Source: Lama glama (Eukaryota). From it: 64,000 nucleotides of DNA. Each line of letters opens with the position of its first letter. Within the stretch, counting starts at the first letter, position 1. The stretch lies in the NCBI GenBank assembly GCA_028534125.1, contig CM052832.1, positions 16,060,001-16,124,000 of the forward strand, in the 5' to 3' direction. Shown one piece after another: positions 34,401-46,400 of the stretch. The notes under the pieces were generated by a model, which did not search any database, had not been told where the DNA came from, and saw nothing but the letters and a program-made list of their open reading frames with translations. The position numbers were made by a program, and so were the translations under genes.

Positions 34401-37400
34401 GCTTTCAGTAAAATGTGTTTTCAACATTAGTACACATATCCAGTTATGCCTTATTTAAATGAAGAATAAAATTACCAAGTTATGCTCCATTATGTCCTGA
34501 AATCCACATCACTATTTGAGAAGCCCCCAAATTGGTCCCTTTATTACATGATACATTTAGACAAAACCCCAAACCAAACTATTTAAAACAAGAGTCTCTC
34601 CATTGCCATTTGTAGCGATGTTGTTTCTATATTTGCCAAGAGAAGACTAACAGCAGTGTTAACTCTCAATTTCTTGTTTGAATCCATGAAATCATGCCTA
34701 TAAAGCTCAAACACTTGTAACAAACTCTCTAATAAATCTACAGAAAAAAAAAAAGACCTTTGCCACCTCTCCTCCCCCCGGCTCCCCACCCCACCAGGAT
34801 TCACCGGCCCGCGGTGTGAGGAGGACATAGACGAGTGCAGAAGCTCTCCCTGTGCCAACGGTGGGCAGTGCCGGGACCAGCCTGGATCCTTCCACTGCGA
34901 GTGTCTCCCAGGTAAACTGGGGCTCAAACACTGGAGGAGAGAGAGGGCAGGGGCAGAGTCCGTGCAGCCCTGGCCCTCCTGTTGTGCCACAGGCTTTGGA
35001 GGCCCGCGCTGTCAGGCGGAGGTGGACGAGTGTCTGAGCGGCCCATGCCCTGCTGGAGCCAGCTGCCTCGATCTCCCAGGAGCTTTCCTTTGCCTCTGCC
35101 CGTCTGGCTTCACAGGTCAGCAGGGGAGGCACTGGAAAGAACCGGAGGGATAATGAAATCCACTGTGGGTGGAGCAGAGGTCATTGATGGATGTTGGAGG
35201 ACTGGGATGTGAGAACAGAATGAGAATGGGACCCCTTAAAGTTCTGCAGTGCAAAACCTGCACAACCATACAGGGGCTGAGGGCAAGTGTTACTGTAGGG
35301 CCCACACCGGGCCCAAAGTGAATGGCATGATTGGGGATCAGGAGTGGAGGATGGGATTCAAAGGCAAAACATTCATTTGCTTATTCAGCAAACATTTATT
35401 AAGTACCTACTATGCACTTAATAGACACAGACACAGACACAAAGTTGAGTAAGAGATGCTGTCCCCAAGTGACCTTAAATCTACTGCAGGGAGACCAAGT
35501 CTCTCGTTGATTATGGCCCAGAGACGTGCTCTGAGAGAGGAATGCACAGGATCCTATGGGAACACAAAGGACGGGCTAACCCAGACTAGAGATGGGAAGC
35601 CTTCATGAACAGAGTCTGAAGAACTGAGCAGGAGTTTGTTGAGACGGAATGCAAGACAGCACGTTTTAGCTGCAGATGACGGCATGTGCAAAGGCACAGA
35701 GGGAAGAAAAGCGTACCTGACTCAAGGGACTGTAGGAGCCCAGAGCTTAGGGTACAGTGGGGCAAAGGTGAGAAATGCAGCAGTCGCAGGAAGGTCACGT
35801 CATGTAGGGCCCCGCGTGTCATTCTGAGGAAGTTAGTATCCCAAGGCAACAGGGAGCCACTGAAGGACGGGTCCTTGGGGAGGAAGCAAGTCATGCATAA
35901 GAAGTGGCCTTTGGCCCCATCAAAGACAGGGAGGGACTCTGTTTTCTCTCTGACCCATCTCCCCACCCAGGTCATCTCTGTGAAATTCCCCTGTGTGCCC
36001 CCGACCTGTGCCAGCCCAAGCAAACATGCCAGGATCAGGAGGACGAGGCCCCCTGTCTCTGCCCCAGTGGAAGCCCTGGCTGTGCCCCCGCTGCAGACAA
36101 CTGCACCTGCCACCATGGGCACTGCCAGAGGTAACATCTTCCGGGCCCTCCCCATTTACAGTCTCCTCTGGGTCCTCCTCAGCTAGGGCAGGAGAAGACA
36201 GCCAGTGAGGTGTGAGCCCGTAGGAAATGGCCAACAGGGACTAGGAAGGAGATGGCAAAGTTCTGGGGTCACAGCCAATGGGAGGGCTCAGCTGGTGAAT
36301 GCTATCCAATGAGGGGAGAGTTCATAAATAATGAGGGAAACAGAGGACCAGGGCTGGGGCTGGTCAAAGCAGAAAGCAGAGTAGTATTAAATCCCAGGAC
36401 CAATTCGTTTCACCACTTCTTAGACAAATACTTACTGAGCGTCTACTATGTGTGGATACTTTTCCAGGCACTGGAGAACAGTGTAGAACAAAAGAGACGC
36501 AGTATCTGCTCTCATGGTGCTTTGGTTCTAATGAGCAAACACAGCCAATAAACAAGCTATGCACAGAATATAAAGAGAAATGTACTTGGAGAAAATGGGT
36601 GGAGCAGCTGGGGCAGAAGGGGGACAGTGCTGAGAGCAAAGCCACTGAGGAAAGGCCAGAGTCTCAGGGCCAACAAAAGAAGAGGTCATAGGGTTCTGAC
36701 CAATGGGGAGGGGAGAAGAGAAAAACATCAGAAGAGAAAACCCTCCCCTTCCTCTCTGTGACCAGATCTTCGTGTGTGTGTGATGTGGGTTGGACAGGAC
36801 CGGAGTGTGACTCAGAGCTGGGGGGCTGCGTCTCCACGCCCTGTGCCCATGGAGGGACCTGCCACCCCCAGCCCTTTGGCTACAACTGCACCTGCCCCAC
36901 AGGCTTCACAGGTGAGCTGCTCCCTAAACCACATATACCCTGGGATGACCACCCTCTAAATCAAGGGCAAGGCCAGTGCAGGCCTGTGTCCAGGGGCTCT
37001 GGGTCTCAGTCACCACCAAGAACTGGGCACGGGCAGCAGGGGACATGGGTGATGTGTGGGAGGTGGTGACAAAAGAAAAGAGGTTGGATGGGGGAGAAGA
37101 GTGGCGATGGGGACGAGGAGGGGAAGGAAAGAGAAATGGAAGAGGAGGAAGAGAGGAGAAAAGGACAAGTCCCCTTCTCAGACCCTACCCACTTCCCTCA
37201 GGGCCCACGTGCAGTGAGGAGGTGACAGCTTGTTACTCAGGGCCCTGTCTCAATGGTGGTTCCTGCAGCCCCAGCCCTGGGGGCTACTCCTGCACCTGCC
37301 CTCCGAGCCACACTGGGCTCCACTGCCAGATCAGCGTCGACCACTGTGCCTCTGGTGAGTGCCCACAGTGTCTGGGGCTGGGCCACAGGACAATGCAGAA

Positions 37401-40400
37401 ATTGGTCAGGGTATGTTTGTGCCATAATTTTTAAAAACTTAACTGGATGCCGCAAGCCGGCGTTTGGGTGAGGAAGTGGCGGTGGGAGCGCTGTCCTGTG
37501 TGCAGTGTGACTGAGGTCACAGGCCAGGTTACAGGCAGGGAACCCAACCCCTCACAGCCTCCTCTCTCTAGCACCGTGCCTCAATGGGGGCACCTGTGTG
37601 AATAGGCCCGGCACCTCCTCCTGCCTCTGTGCCCCGGGCTTCCAGGGCCCACGCTGTGAGGGGAGGATCCGTCCCAGCTGCGCAGACAGGTGAGCAGGGC
37701 ACAGAGACCCCTGCCTCTCCATCTCCTCCGGGGCTCCATGCTGCCTCTCCTCCTATATCCCACACCCTTTCACTCAGCCCTCCCTCCTGTTTTCCCCTCC
37801 CCCTCACTGAGGCCCTCCTGCCCCCCCAGCATCACACACTCCCTCCCCTTGTTTCCCAGACCCTCCTCCTACCACGCCTTCTTTCTTATCCAGCCCCTGT
37901 AGGAACTGGGCAACCTGCCAAGATGGCCCTCAGGGTCCCCACTGCCTCTGCCCCCCTGGCTACACAGGAGGTAGCTGCCAGGTGAGGGGCACTGAGCCAG
38001 GTGTGCTGAGGAGGGGGTGGCTAGAGAGCTCCAGTGAGAGGGTCTCAGGTATTAAAAGGTGGGCAGCAGGGAAGCTTAGGAGAGGTGTCCACATGAAAGG
38101 AGGTTTGGGAGTCTAGGAGTTGGGGTCTAATTTGAGATTTGAATGGAGTTGAAGGACTGAGAGGATTTCTGATCCCAGGGACTGTTCTGGGATGTGGGTG
38201 TCAGAGGAAACCAGAGAGGGTAAACTGGTCCCAGACCATCCAGGAAAGAGTTTTAGAGATAAGGGATTTTGAGGATCTGGCAGAGGACCATCTCCGAACC
38301 TGATGCTCTTTCCTGCCTCATGCTCCCTCCTGACCCTCAGACGCTGATGGACTTATGTGCCCAGAAGCCCTGCCCACACAATTCCCACTGCCTCCAGACT
38401 GGGCCCTCCTTCCAGTGCCTGTGCCTCCAGGGATGGACTGGGCCTCTCTGCAACCTTCCGCTGTCCTCCTGCCAGAGGGCTGCTCTGAGCCAAGGTACCA
38501 ACCCAAGGACCGACTAGGGAGCAGATGGAGAGAAAAGGGTGTCCTCCTCTACCTCATCCCTAAGGACATCCACACACAACATTCAGCCAAACAACCAAGA
38601 GTCCAAGTAACACAGACCAACCAGTCACGGTGCCACAGCTCAACACCCAGGACAGCCTAACACAACTCAGCTCCTAGCACCACATTCAACACAACTCAGG
38701 CAACATCAACCAGCCCAGTCGACGAGACTCCTATTTAACACAACCACCTGGGACAGAAAGTGTGGAACAACTCAACATTGCCATTACCACCATAACTCAA
38801 CTGCAGTGAACCACATTTAACCCAACTATGCTCAACATACTTCACCATGCCCTGCTCACTTGGATGTTATGCCAACCCCTGGTACAAGAATACCACCCCC
38901 GCCTTGATCAAATAAATTTTGATATGAGAAGAACTCAGGAGACTATTGCGGGGTCCGGGGATGGTCAGTGGGAATCACTGGGAGAGAATATGCGAGGATG
39001 CAAAACCCAGGGGACAGAAAGGCCATTAGTTAAGTCACATGCCCCCACTTTAAAAATAAAATTTAACAATTAGAGAAAAAGGGCAGTTGAGATTTCTTTA
39101 AAGCCAAGAATACAGCTGTTTATAATGCTCTGATAAGCCAGAGGAGAGGTATTCCTCTCCATCTGACAGATCAGGCAGGAGGGGGAACTTGGTATTTTAA
39201 CCTCTTCAGCGTCAGGAGTTACAGACTCCTCAGGCTCCCAGGAATGTTAGTGGCACCCACTCGCCTCTCTGCTCAGCGTTTGGGGCCCCTGAGCATCCTT
39301 CCACCCCATTTAGCTTTATCAGTCCCTGTTTGTCTCTCTTCCCAGGCACAGAAATCTCTTCCCTGTGCCAGAATGGAGGCATCTGCATTGACAACGGCCC
39401 CTCCTACTTCTGCCACTGTCCCCCCGGATTCCAAGGCAGTACCTGCCAGGACAGGGTGAACCCATGTGAGTCCAGGCCTTGCCAGCACGGGGCCACCTGC
39501 GTGGCCCAACCCAATGGTTATCTCTGCCAGGTGAGAGGGTCTAGAGGAGCTGGGGGAGACAAAGGTGGGCTGGCTGTGGGAAACAACAGTCGTGGGTCAG
39601 AATGGGGGATGGGGCATTTTCCTTTCACTTCCCCCACACATCCCACCAACCACCGAGTCGTGCTGCTTACCTCCTAGTACTTCTCAGCTCTGTCCTTGCA
39701 CCCGCACCCTCATCGCCCTGCCTTTGTCCAGGCCTTCACTGCCTTCCACCCGGATCTCAGCCTCCTAACTATCATCCAGCCTCACACTTGTCCTCCTAAA
39801 GGTTCAGCCTCTGCGCCACTACCAGGGAGCTTCGTTGAAAATATTAAGCTGACCTGTCGCTCCTCTACTTAAAACCCTTCAGTGGCTGCCCACCTCTTTG
39901 ATAATGAAGTCCAAAGCCCTGCGTGACCCAGCCCCGCCTGCCTCTCCGGCCTCATCTCTCCCCACCCCCACCCTCCTCCCTTACTTCTGCAACACAAAAC
40001 TGCTGCTGGCTTCCCCCCACCCCAAACTGGCTCTTTGATGGCCTTCCTCACCCCTCTCCCAATGGATGGTGCCCCGGAGGCGCTGCCTCAGGAAAATGTC
40101 CCGAACTTCTCTCCAGACTGGGTTACAGCCCCTCCTTGGTGGTTTGAGTCACTGAGCAGGAGAGGGAGGCAAAGCTGGGGTTCAAGTCCAAGCAACCTGA
40201 TCCTTGTACTCAGAACCACGACTTTGGCTAGAAGGCATGAAGCAGGTCCGCCAACTGCCCTTTTTCTCTAACTGTTAAATTTTATTTTTTACCTTATTCT
40301 TATGAGCATTTTCAAACTGACACAAAAGCAGTGTGCTGATTAGCAGTGAACCCTCGTACACCTAATACTCAGCTCTGCTTCCCTGCCCATAAAACTCCTT

Positions 40401-43400
40401 CTTCCCAAAGTTTCCAAGACACCCCCCTTGCCTGCTTCTTCCAGCCCTCTGGCCGCTCCTCAGATTCTCTGTGAATCCCTTTTTCTCCATTATATTTCTG
40501 AAGCCCTGCTGGGACTCCATTCTCACATACCCTCCTTCCCCCTGCAAGAACTCTGCACGTGGTACAGCCATCATCAATGGCCCTCTCACTAGCAGAAAGA
40601 TCTGAAACAACCGGAAAACGGTTAAGGCATCAGCAATGGAGTCCTTGACTTGCCCTACCACCTACTGCTGTGTGGTTTGCCCAAGTCAAGGAATTAGTTT
40701 CCTTTTTCTGTAAAGTGAGAATCAAATGAGATGGCCCATGTAGAGGGTTTTGGGAAGGTTTGTGAGGTTATGTACACAAAGCATGCAATAAATTCTAGCT
40801 GCCTCTCTCCTCTGGTTGACTGAGGACTTCATGAAAGCAGGGATGTGTTCTAATTTCCTTTGTATTCCTAGTGCCTAAAACGGTGCCTGGCACAAAGTAG
40901 GCATTCGATGAAGGTTTATAAATTAATTAATAAAGCATGACAGAGCCCGGTGGATGTGTGGTTGAGGGAGGAAGGTTTGACCAAAAACGGAGCTATATTT
41001 ACTGGCAATGTAGCATAGAAATTGTTTGTGGCTGGGAAGGGATTAAGTTTCATATTATTGAGCAACTGTGTATCATGTGGAGTTGAGATAAAGGGTTAAG
41101 CTACCATGGCTGTGGTGGATGCTGAGCTGAGTGATGCTTTGAGCTGGAGGCAGGGAGCTAGGCAGACTGTCTTGAGCTAGTCCCCTATGGTGCCAGGATG
41201 GGCTCATTTACTGGTTCCCTGTCTGACCCTCTTTGCCTGCAAGTGTGCACCAGGTTACAGTGGACAGAACTGCTCAAAGGAGCCCGACGCTTGTCAATCC
41301 CAGCCCTGTCACAACCATGGGACCTGCACCCCCAAACCTGGAGGCTTCCACTGTGCCTGCCCTCCAGGCTTTGTGGGGCTGCGCTGTGAGGGGGACGTGG
41401 ATGAGTGTCTGGACCGGCCCTGTCACCCCACAGGCACTGCAGCCTGCCACTCTCTGGCCAATGCCTTCTACTGCCAGTGTCTGCCCGGACACACAGGTAA
41501 GGCGTGGGACGAGGGGTGTAGGCATCTCTGTGCACAGATGAACTGACCATGGAAACCCAGACAATCCCCACCCACGAGGCAGCCTAGTCATCTGGTCTAT
41601 CCCCCTGCCTCCACGCCCCCCCACCCCCACCCAGAGAATATGCCCCATGATCCCTTTGTCTGTGCAGCCAGTGCTGGGCTGACTCCCAGGAATGCGCTAG
41701 GAAGGAGGCAGCCAGTGAAGTAGAGAGTTACGTTTAATCCTACCCTCGCCCCCAGGCCAGTTGTGTGAACAGGAGATAGACCCCTGCCAGAGCCAGCCCT
41801 GCTCCCACGGAGGGTCTTGTGAGACCACACCAGGACCACCCCAAGGATTCACCTGCCACTGCCCCCAGGTGAGTGACCACAGAGCTGCTTTCTCTGTCGC
41901 CCCGATGCTGACGCAAGGTGAGAATGTCTGAGCCAGAACCTGGTGGAGCAACGGAGTGGGAATTATTGAAGAAAACTGTCTCATGTTCACAGTGGTAAGT
42001 GGCTCTCAGAAGCGGTAGTGGGGAAAGGCAGGATCCAGTGGGAGCATGAATGGAATTATCAGAAGTATGGGCATTGCCTAAGGGAAGGTTCCCCCAGGTC
42101 AAGCTGGATGTCCTTGGATAAATTCTTTTAACTCTGTGTATTTGTTTATTGACCTCAGATGCACCAAACTGGGTTAATCTTAAAAACTTGGTTCATGATA
42201 CACTAACGTACAAACTAACACTGGTTTCTGCACAGCCTTCTTTTACTTTATTATACTTACAAGATAACATCCATGAAAAATAAAAAAATTTTTAAAAAGA
42301 TAACACTCATGAACTAAACCAAGGAATTACAATATTAACAATAACTTTCATGTACTTACGTCCTCCTCTATCCAGAAGAGAAAGTATACAATCCTATCTC
42401 CAAGGATTAAGATAATATAGTGCTAGTTCAATTACTATCACTCTATTAACAGTCTTCCAGGACTTGCATGGTGATTCACCCATGTAGTTTTGTAGAGCTG
42501 TGGTCCATCCTTCTCCACCACTATGTAATATGCCATTGTGGGAGGGATCTGTAAAATGAACTTAATATTCTGAGGCCCCTTCCAGATGAGAATCTAGGAT
42601 CCTCTGAGTTATCTTAACCCAGGAATTTGCTTGAGGGGAAGTGGGAAGAATACAAGGTCCTTCACCAATATCTCTCCTCTCCACAGGGTTTTGAAGGCCC
42701 CACCTGTAGCCAAAGAGCCCCCTCCTGCGGCCTTCATCACTGCCACCACGGTGGCCTCTGTCTGCCCTCCCCCAAGTCTGGATTCCCGCCCCGCTGTGCC
42801 TGCTTCAGTGGTTATGGGGGCCCTGACTGCCTGACCCCACCCGCTCCTCGAGGCTGCGGCCCTCCCTCTCCATGCCTACACAATGGCAGCTGCTCAGAGA
42901 CGCCCGGGCTGGGGGCCCCAGGCTTTCGATGCTCCTGCCCTCCCAGCTCTCCAGGGCCCCGGTGTCAGAGGCCCGGAGCAAAGGGATGTGAGGGTAGAGG
43001 TGGAGATGGGGCCTGTGACGCTGGCTGCAGTGGCCCAGGAGGAAACTGGGATGGGGGGGACTGCTCCCTGGGGGTCCCAGACCCCTGGAAGGGCTGCCCC
43101 TCCCATTCTCGGTGCTGGCTTCTCTTCCGGGATGGGCAGTGCCACCCGCAGTGTGACTCTGAAGAGTGTTTGTTTGATGGCTACGACTGTGAGACTCCTC
43201 CAGCCTGCACGTGAGCCTGAAGCCCTGCCTTGGGCTGGGGGGGGGGGGGTGGGGAGGCAGGAGGAAGGACAGAGGTCTCTGAGTTACAGGGTGACCACAG
43301 CCTCAAGCCCCAGGGAGAGTCTACCCTAATACCCATTGCTAAGTAGGGGTATAAGATGCTGGACTCTAACCCGAGGGAATGGGGACAGCATAAATATTTA

Positions 43401-46400
43401 ATGTGGGGACCAGGAAAGAGAGCGCTGCCTCTGTCTGGGCTCCTCTCTGAGGGATGTGGGAGCTCTGATCTCAAGCTCTCTCTTTAAGCCCTGTTGCTGT
43501 GGAGGATCTCCCCTAGCAACCAGCACCCCTAAGGGAAAAGGGCTCCCCTTCAGGGAGACAGGAGAGCTTGGGAGGGTCCCAAGGGAGGGAGATTAGCTGC
43601 AGAGTGTTTTCTGGGAATGGTCCTGGGGGACCTAAGGGGACCTAGGGGATGGTCCTAGGAAACAAGGGTGTCAGCAGACATTAGGGGATCTGGACTACCT
43701 ACCATCCAGGGACTAAGCCCACTGCCCCAGAGCTGCCCCCACTTAACAACCAGAGCCCTAGAGGCCGTGGAATATCAGGAATCCTCTCTGGGATGAGGGA
43801 GTCAGGTTTCTTTGGGGGTCCTGAGTCCCTCTCTCCTCACCCCACAGTCCAGCCTACGACCAGTACTGCCACGATCACTTCCACAACGGACACTGCGAGA
43901 AGGGCTGCAACACTGCAGAATGTGGCTGGGATGGGGGTGACTGCAGGCCCAGAGACAGGGATGCAGAGTGGGGGCCCTCCCTGGCCCTGCTGGTGGTGCT
44001 GAACCCCTCAACCCTGGACCAGCAGCTGCGTGCCCTGGCCCGGGTGCTGTCCCTGACTCTGAGGGTAGGGCTCTGGGTGAGAAAGGATAGTGACGGCAGG
44101 GACATGGTGTACCCCTATCCTGGGGCCCAGGCCGAAGAGGAGTTAGGAGGAACCCCAGACCCCTCTCACCAGAGAGCAGCCCCTCAAACACAGCCTGTAG
44201 GCAAGGAGACAGACTCCCTCAGCACTGGGTAAGAAGCTGGTGGCAGCGGGCAGACATTAGTTTTTTTACCCATGGAGGGAAGGGAGCCAGGGACCAACAC
44301 AGGGGCCTCTGAGGTGCCTTCCCCACAGGTTCGTGGTGGTGATGGGTGTGGATCTGTCCCGCTGTGGCCCGGACCACCCTGCATCCCGCTGTCCCTGGGA
44401 CCCTGGGCTCCTGCTCCGCTTCCTTGCTGCGATGGCCGCAGTGGGGGCCCTGGAACCCCTACTGCCAGGACCCCTGCTGGCTGCCCACCCTCGTGCAGGC
44501 ACCGGTAGGTGACCCCCTGTCATTTCCCCTCACTTTGCTCCCGGGCTAGCTTTCACGCCAACAACCAGCAATGGAGGTCAAATGAAACAGAATCGCTGGG
44601 ACCCCAAGTGTTCTTTATGCAGACTTACCCTTGTTAACCTCCTTCTCTAACTAGATCTCCTCATGGCCTATTTGCTCTGCAGTCTCCTTCCTTATTTCCC
44701 CAAGTACTTTAGCCTAACCTCTATCGTACACCTCCCACAAACCTTGGGTTCCGGTCTGTCCTCTCTACGAGACCAAGAGTATCCAATCATCCCCGCGTCA
44801 AACAGTTGGTAGTACATGAAAGAATAATAACTCTTAATAGCACTATGTGCCAGCCTCGCTCTAAGCATTTTACAGTATTAACTCATTTAATCCTCCCAAC
44901 AACCCCATGAGGGAGGTACTCTTACTATTCCCATTTTACAGTTGAGGAAACTGTGGCAAAAAGAGGTGACTGCACTTGCCCAAAGTCTCACAGGAGTACC
45001 CAGCCCCACCAGGAATGGCCTCTTTTCCTGACTGTGTCTCTTCCACCAGTGCCCCCCGCCAACCAGCTTCCCTGGCCTGTACTGTGCTCACCGGTGGCCG
45101 GGGTGCTTCTCCTGGCTCTCGGGGCCCTACTTGTCCTCCAGCTCATCCGCCGGCGGCGCCGAGAGCATGGGGCCCTCTGGCTGCCCCCTGGGTTCACTCG
45201 AAGGCCTCGGACTCAGCCAGTTCCCCGCCGACGCCGGCCCCCTCTGGGCGAGGACAGCATCGGCCTCAAGTGAGAGTGAGGAAGAACCGGGACTCGGGGT
45301 GGGGGCTCTTTCCCATGGAGATATTTATGATCAGAAGCAATGAGAAATGCTATTGCAGAAGCTGAAGACAAGAAAGGTGAGGGAGGAGGAAGGCTGCTGG
45401 AAATCTTAGAGACCCTGAAGGTTCTCTACCCACCCACCCTCTTCCTTCCAGGGCACTGAAACCAGAGGCAGAAGTTGATGAGGATGGAGTTGTGATGTGC
45501 TCAGGCCCCGAGGAAGGAGAGGAGGTGGGCCAGGTGAAGGCACTGGGGCAGGAATGGTCCCAAGGTGATGGAAGGGTTGAAGAGAAAAGTCAACGCCCCT
45601 TCACTGATCCTTGCTCTGATCCCCAAGGCTGAAGAAATGGCCTCACCTTCCAAGTGCCAGCTCTGGCCTCTAAGTGGTGACTGTCAGGAGCTCCCCCAGG
45701 CAGCCATGCTGACTCCTCCCCAGGAATCTGAACTGGACGTCCCTGACGTGGACACCCGTGGACCTGGTATGTATGCAACTCAGACCAAGAAAATGAAAAC
45801 TCCCTCTGACCCTTTTAGAATCAGAAAACCCTTTGCTATCAGAACTGGAGAAACTAATGTTAGAGTTAGTGTTTTAGAGCAATCATTCTCAGACAGAAGA
45901 ATCGGCATCACCAGGGAAATTGTTAGAAATACAAATTCTCAGGCTCCACTCCACAGCTACTGATTCAGAAATTCAAAATACTGACAAGCCCTGCAGGTGA
46001 GTCTGATCCAGGACTCAAGTTTGAGAACCATTGCCTTAGGGTGAGAGTACTATGGCCTGTTGCTTCCTTTTACAAATCAGGAAACTGAAGTCCAGAGAAA
46101 AGGAAAGTCATTTGATTAAAGCCACACAAAATTGTGAGCCCAAGCTGGGTTTCCCGACACCTCAGGCCGTGATTTTCCCTGAGCCTCCGTGTTCTCCCCT
46201 CCCCCAGTTATGTCCTTTTGATTGATTTGTCTCCCATTCCTCATGTCTCTTACACACAGATGGGGTAACACCCCTGATGTCAGCAGTCTGCTGTGGGGGA
46301 GTGGAGTCCAGGACCTATCAGGGGACATGGCTGGGAAGCCCTGAGCCCTGGGAACCTCTGCTGGGTGGAGGGGCCTGTCCCCAGGTTCACACCTTGGGCA

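Noticed and set aside
41241..41243. AAG acceptors (NOTCH4 exons 19 and 26, PBX2 exon 2) as signs of decay
   Set aside because: Still canonical AG; exon sizes and frames are intact
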